Shown: positions 60,348 to 64,000 of the stretch, one piece after another
How positions within the stretch are numbered: position 1 is the first letter of the stretch
Layout of the letters: each line of letters starts with the position of its first letter
IMG/VR virus record: IMGVR_UViG_3300022555_000027
Location: 32,270 to 96,269 of that record
Strand: one strand, 5' to 3'
DNA from: a virus
DNA length: 64,000 nucleotides
The notes under the pieces: generated by a model
Databases searched by the model: none
What the model saw: only the letters and a program-made list of their open reading frames with translations
Told to the model about the DNA's origin: nothing
Position numbers and translations under genes: made by a program

Positions 60348-61313
60348 ATGGCCCGTGACCTCTCCCGTAAGGCGGATATCGCCCTCGCTGATCTGAACAG
60401 CCACGGTGGTATTCTGATGCCGGAACAGTCGGATACTTTCGTCCGTCTGTTGCTTGACACCCCGACCCTGTTGAACCAAGTGCGTTTCGTTCCGATGAAC
60501 GCCCCGATCATGTATGTCAACAAGATCGGTTTTGGTTCGCGCATCCTTACCGCTGCCAACGAACTCGGTGGCGCCGGTCTGAACTCTGACCTGTCTGTTG
60601 ACAGCAATGATGGCAACAACAGCCGTTATGTCGCTGCTAACCAGCGTGCAATCCCGACCCTGGAGCGCATCGAACTCCAGACTTCGGAAGTCATCGCCGA
60701 AATTCGTATCCCCTACGAGGTGATCGAGGACAACATCGAGCGTGGCGACATCACCAACACCTTGCTCCAGTTGATCGCCGAGCGTGCGGCGCTTGACCTG
60801 GAAGAGTTGCTGATCCTGGGCGGCACCAACAGCGCCGACCCCTACCTGTCGTTGCAGACAGGGGTCCTGACCCGTATCTCCTCGAACGTGGTGAACGCGA
60901 ACGGCCAGCCGATCTCTGTTGGCCTTTTCAACAACCTGAAGAAGAGCCTGCCCACCAAGTACCGCCGTAACCTCGGCGTCATGCGGTGGTTCTTCTCCAT
61001 GGACACCGAGAGCGATTACCGCGTCCAGGTTGCCTCCCGCATCGGTACGCTGGGCGACGACACCCTGACCGGCAATGCCCCGCTCAAGGTGCTCGGCGTC
61101 CCGCTGGTCGGCGCGGCCTTGATGCCTGTTACCCAGGGCATCCTGACCAACCCCCAGAACATCCTGTTTGGTATTCAGCGGGATGTGCGGATCGAAACTG
61201 ACCGCAACATTCGGTCGCGTGAAGTGGTCGTGGTTATGACCGCCCGTATCGCTCTGCAAATCGAGCAGGAAGATGCGTGTGCGATGGCCGTGAACATTGG
61301 TTCGGCCGTGTAA
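60348..61313 (+). CDS. Major capsid protein (HK97 fold)
   Basis: GG.L.PEQ...F, I..E..EDNIE, A.DLE.L...G, LP.KY, T.P.N...G; AAGGAG RBS. Confidence 0.92.
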   Translation: MARDLSRKADIALADLNSHGGILMPEQSDTFVRLLLDTPTLLNQVRFVPMNAPIMYVNKIGFGSRILTAANELGGAGLNSDLSVDSNDGNNSRYVAANQRAIPTLERIELQTSEVIAEIRIPYEVIEDNIERGDITNTLLQLIAERAALDLEELLILGGTNSADPYLSLQTGVLTRISSNVVNANGQPISVGLFNNLKKSLPTKYRRNLGVMRWFFSMDTESDYRVQVASRIGTLGDDTLTGNAPLKVLGVPLVGAALMPVTQGILTNPQNILFGIQRDVRIETDRNIRSREVVVVMTARIALQIEQEDACAMAVNIGSAV

Positions 61314-61384
61314 TCTGACCACCGGCACCACACATAGTGTAGCAGTCAGAAATGGCTGCTACACTACAGCCAGAGGATAGAGTG

Positions 61385-62674
61385 ATGAGCATCAAGTTCA
61401 CCAAGACCGACCAGATCGGTATGAACCAGAACGGAGAGCCGGCCAGCTTGCTTGCGGTGCGTGACGCCCAGCAACACGCCCGCGACGTTGCCCGTAACCT
61501 TTCTGCCCTTACCGACAGCAGCGGCGGCTCCGTGAGCTTCCCGCAGTCTGTCAATCTCCTGCCCACCTTTGCTGACTTCCTTGCTTCTGGATCCACCCTG
61601 GCCGACGCAACCGCTTTTGCGGCTTCCCTCGCGAAGCTCAAGAATGCGTTGGGTGAAGTCGCAACCAAGGCTCGTTCGGTTGCCCTGGCAGTCGGCGCTC
61701 CGGTTGAAGTTTGGGATGGCGGCGGCACTGCTACCGGCACCGTTCCCGCCCTCGACCTGACCGCTACCGCGATCTCCGGCGCGGCCCCCACGGCCTCTGG
61801 CCTTCTGACCGTCACCGCTGCGTACAATACTGCCTTCATCGGCCTTGTTGGTCTGGTGAATGGTATCGACGTTGCGACCGGCAACAGCCTTGTGAAGCCG
61901 GTTCCGACCTCGTTCGGTTCGCAGTACACCAGCATCCCGGGCGCCTCGCTTCCGGTTGCTGCGACGGCCACCAGTGCTACGGCGGGCTTGCGTCAGTCGG
62001 ATGTCACGACTTGGCTGGCTACTGCGGCCAACAACGTCGCGACCCTGGCTTACAACATCAATCAGGTCGTGGGACAGCTCACGGGTCTGACGGATAGCTC
62101 GGGCGGCACCGCCAGCGTCTATAGCACCATCGTCGCAAGCCCTGTGCTGCCCGCCGATGCCCTGTTGACCGCAACCACCAATGGTCCGACCGTCGCGACC
62201 CTGAACACCAAAATCGGTGTTGTGGTCAACGCCCTTGCTTCGTTGGATGCTGAAGCGGCCAAGCTGCTTGCCAAGTTTGACCTCAACCGTGCCGTTGCCT
62301 ACACGGGCGCCGGTTCGGTAAGTGTGACCCTGGCTTCGGTTGGCAACACTGGTTCCGGTGCGGCCACTGGCCCGACTGCTGCAACTGTTCAGCCGGTGGT
62401 TACGGCCATCGACGAGAGCTTTGCCGCCCTCGCCAAGAACTTGGACCTCGTCCTGCCGCTCGCAAACCTGAAGCCCCTGGCTTTTGAGTACACCGCGACC
62501 CCGGCTGCGACCGGTGCGATCACCGTCACCTTGTCGGGTGTGGCGACCGGCCAGTCCAAAGTGACCCTGGACGCCATCCTGGCGAACTGGGCCAACAACA
62601 TTGCCACTGTTGCTGCTGTCATCAACGCTGCTGTGGCCCGTGTGAACGGCCCGGTGGTCCTAATCAGCAAGTAA
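61385..62674 (+). CDS. Ala/Thr-rich virion protein (head decoration/fibre-like) with internal duplication
   Basis: Directly after the capsid gene; LTDSSGG and ANN(V/I)AT(L/V)A each occur twice. Confidence 0.65.
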   Translation: MSIKFTKTDQIGMNQNGEPASLLAVRDAQQHARDVARNLSALTDSSGGSVSFPQSVNLLPTFADFLASGSTLADATAFAASLAKLKNALGEVATKARSVALAVGAPVEVWDGGGTATGTVPALDLTATAISGAAPTASGLLTVTAAYNTAFIGLVGLVNGIDVATGNSLVKPVPTSFGSQYTSIPGASLPVAATATSATAGLRQSDVTTWLATAANNVATLAYNINQVVGQLTGLTDSSGGTASVYSTIVASPVLPADALLTATTNGPTVATLNTKIGVVVNALASLDAEAAKLLAKFDLNRAVAYTGAGSVSVTLASVGNTGSGAATGPTAATVQPVVTAIDESFAALAKNLDLVLPLANLKPLAFEYTATPAATGAITVTLSGVATGQSKVTLDAILANWANNIATVAAVINAAVARVNGPVVLISK

Positions 62675-62727
62675 ACACAACACTGGGGCCTTAAATCTTA
62701 ACCCCGGTAACTAGAAGGAAGTGTGTC

Positions 62728-62976
62728 ATGGCCGACGAAGCCGCTCCTCGCTACAAAGCGACCCTAGTCCGGGGGCAGGTCTACTACCTCGGAAACACCA
62801 TCTTTACCGTCGGAACCCCGAAGGAAGTCGATCAGGTGACGAAAGAGACGCTTGAACGGGATGCAATCGACATGATCAAGGTCGAGCGCAACCTCAAGCC
62901 AATCCAGAAGTTCACCTTTGGAGTCTTCGATCCCTCCGCTCCGGTAGTCCCGGCGCCCAAGGTTCGGAACCGGTAA
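62728..62976 (+). CDS. Small YqbF-like head-associated protein
   Basis: Y.A.L..G..Y......F..G....V......L pattern and position. Confidence 0.55.
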   Translation: MADEAAPRYKATLVRGQVYYLGNTIFTVGTPKEVDQVTKETLERDAIDMIKVERNLKPIQKFTFGVFDPSAPVVPAPKVRNR

Positions 62977-63020
62977 CACGCCCTGTGCGAGGCCCTCGGG
63001 CCAGCAGTAGGGACGTGTGG

Positions 63021-63053
63021 CGGGAGAAGGGATGCCCCTCCTTCTCCCGTTTT
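63021..63053 (+). terminator. Terminator after the capsid genes
   Basis: CGGGAGAAGG-loop-CCTTCTCCCG-TTTT. Confidence 0.8.
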
Positions 63054-63072
63054 ACTCTAAGGAGATCACGCT

Positions 63073-63822
63073 ATGTCTCAGCTTCCGTTCTGCCAGATGT
63101 CTGATGTGAAGCAATGGCTCCCGGTCCGGGACGGCGTGAGCACCTATGATGCCAAGATCATGTCCTTGATGCTGATCGCATCCAAGCAGATTGAAAGCTA
63201 TTGCCGTCGTGACTTTACTTACCAGTCGAATTTCGTTGAAGCCTTTGACACCAAGCAGACCATCCACCGGGTTCCCGACTTCGCCAGTAGCTGCATCCCT
63301 GCAACCGGTTTCATGTATGTCGGTCGGCCCCAGTCACTGTACCTGACCCTGACACCCATAGACATGACGCAACCAATCATCGTGAACTTTGACCCTTATT
63401 TCGTCTTTGGCACCCAGACCGTCCTAAATGGCGTTCCGGGAGCCAACGGTATTTGCATCCCGGACTATCAGATTGAGCCAGGGAAGGCCAACAAGTGGCC
63501 CAAGGTCATCCTCATGCGTGGCTTGCCCAAGACCAACAGGGCGCTCCAAGTGACCTACAGCGGCGGCTACCAGCCAGACCCGGCCAACACCTACCTCATG
63601 GTGGACAGCGACATCACGATGGCTACGGCCCTCCAGACGCTGTTCCTATGGACCCGCAACAACCCGGACAACATCGGTATCAGCCAAGACCGCACGATGG
63701 GCTCCCCAGGTAACAAGGGTTTCCACGCAGGTACAGCCGACTTCGAGAAAAATTCCGGGGTGTGCAATGAGGCCGCCATGCTTCTCAAGGACTACGCCAG
63801 GATTGCGAAGGGACGCGGCTAA
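63073..63822 (+). CDS. Head-tail adaptor/connector
   Basis: DVK.WL...D..I..L...AS..IE.YC.R.F; VTY.GGY; LL..Y. Confidence 0.8.
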   Translation: MSQLPFCQMSDVKQWLPVRDGVSTYDAKIMSLMLIASKQIESYCRRDFTYQSNFVEAFDTKQTIHRVPDFASSCIPATGFMYVGRPQSLYLTLTPIDMTQPIIVNFDPYFVFGTQTVLNGVPGANGICIPDYQIEPGKANKWPKVILMRGLPKTNRALQVTYSGGYQPDPANTYLMVDSDITMATALQTLFLWTRNNPDNIGISQDRTMGSPGNKGFHAGTADFEKNSGVCNEAAMLLKDYARIAKGRG

Positions 63823-64000
63823 TGTTCGTCTTCACCGTGAAGATCGGAAAGAAGGAATACGAGGACTTCGAGGACGCCTTTAACGGTGTTGATGAAGGGC
63901 TGATCTCAGCAATGGACAGCGCAGCATCGGGTATCAAAGCGGCCCTGGCTTCGGCCCTCCGTGAAGTTGCTGCCAAGATAGCCGCCCGGCACGGCGAGCA
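63822..64000 (+). CDS. Partial neck/tail gene running off the window
   Basis: TAATG overlap; frame MFVFTVKIGKK... open to the window end. Confidence 0.6.
   Translation, partial: MFVFTVKIGKKEYEDFEDAFNGVDEGLISAMDSAASGIKAALASALREVAAKIAARHGE

Larger units (their letters stand above)
1938..63313. promoter_or_regulatory. Dispersed 14-bp palindromic site TGMAACYRGTTKCA (about 31 copies)
   Basis: Consensus matches start at 3797, 8674, 15032, 16368, 21104, 23050, 24779, 28065, 30356, 32558, 33599, 34573, 36216, 39823, 42241, 44437, 49252, 53630, 55240, 58058, 60068, 63300; one-mismatch copies at 1938, 6577, 10722, 13633, 22080, 31906, 35393, 46921, 47503. Confidence 0.92.

Noticed and set aside
1938-63313. 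14-bp palindrome as canonical parS or as an IS/REP end
   Set aside because: Differs from TGTTTCACGTGAAACA, is not clustered, and shows no flanking homology or target duplications

Overview
The window is part of a large, GC-rich tailed dsDNA phage genome. An alphaproteobacterial host is plausible but only inferred. Layout: (1) 1-15 kb, rightward replication/recombination/nucleotide genes: primase, SSB, SF2 helicase, RecA-like, two resolvase-type nucleases, Cas4-like nuclease, intein-containing class II RNR, PhoH. (2) 15.5-20.6 kb: ParB-N/DNA methyltransferase, probable small terminase, and a large terminase with a class-3 intein. (3) 21.5-46.9 kb, mostly leftward accessory genes: serine recombinase, SNF2 helicase, two GGCT-fold proteins, amidoligase, two TnpB-only IS200/IS605 elements and a tandem 50-bp mini-element, around a repeat-rich, largely non-coding block (31.4-36.3 kb) and a ParA/RHH pair. 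(4) 46.9-55 kb: an ori-like repeat region, an IS110/Nop-domain protein preceded by a guide-like RNA stem-loop, LAGLIDADG, dUTPase, a two-component system and ThyX. (5) 55.3-64 kb: head module. Strongest unexplained signals: a 14-bp palindrome TGMAACYRGTTKCA found about 31 times, roughly every 2 kb, including inside genes and doubling as stop codons; a nuclease-less IS110/Nop (TasA-like) gene with a candidate two-spacer guide RNA; and seven repeated tandem-GA hairpins with covariation on the minus strand. All annotation is by eye from motifs; no database searches were run.
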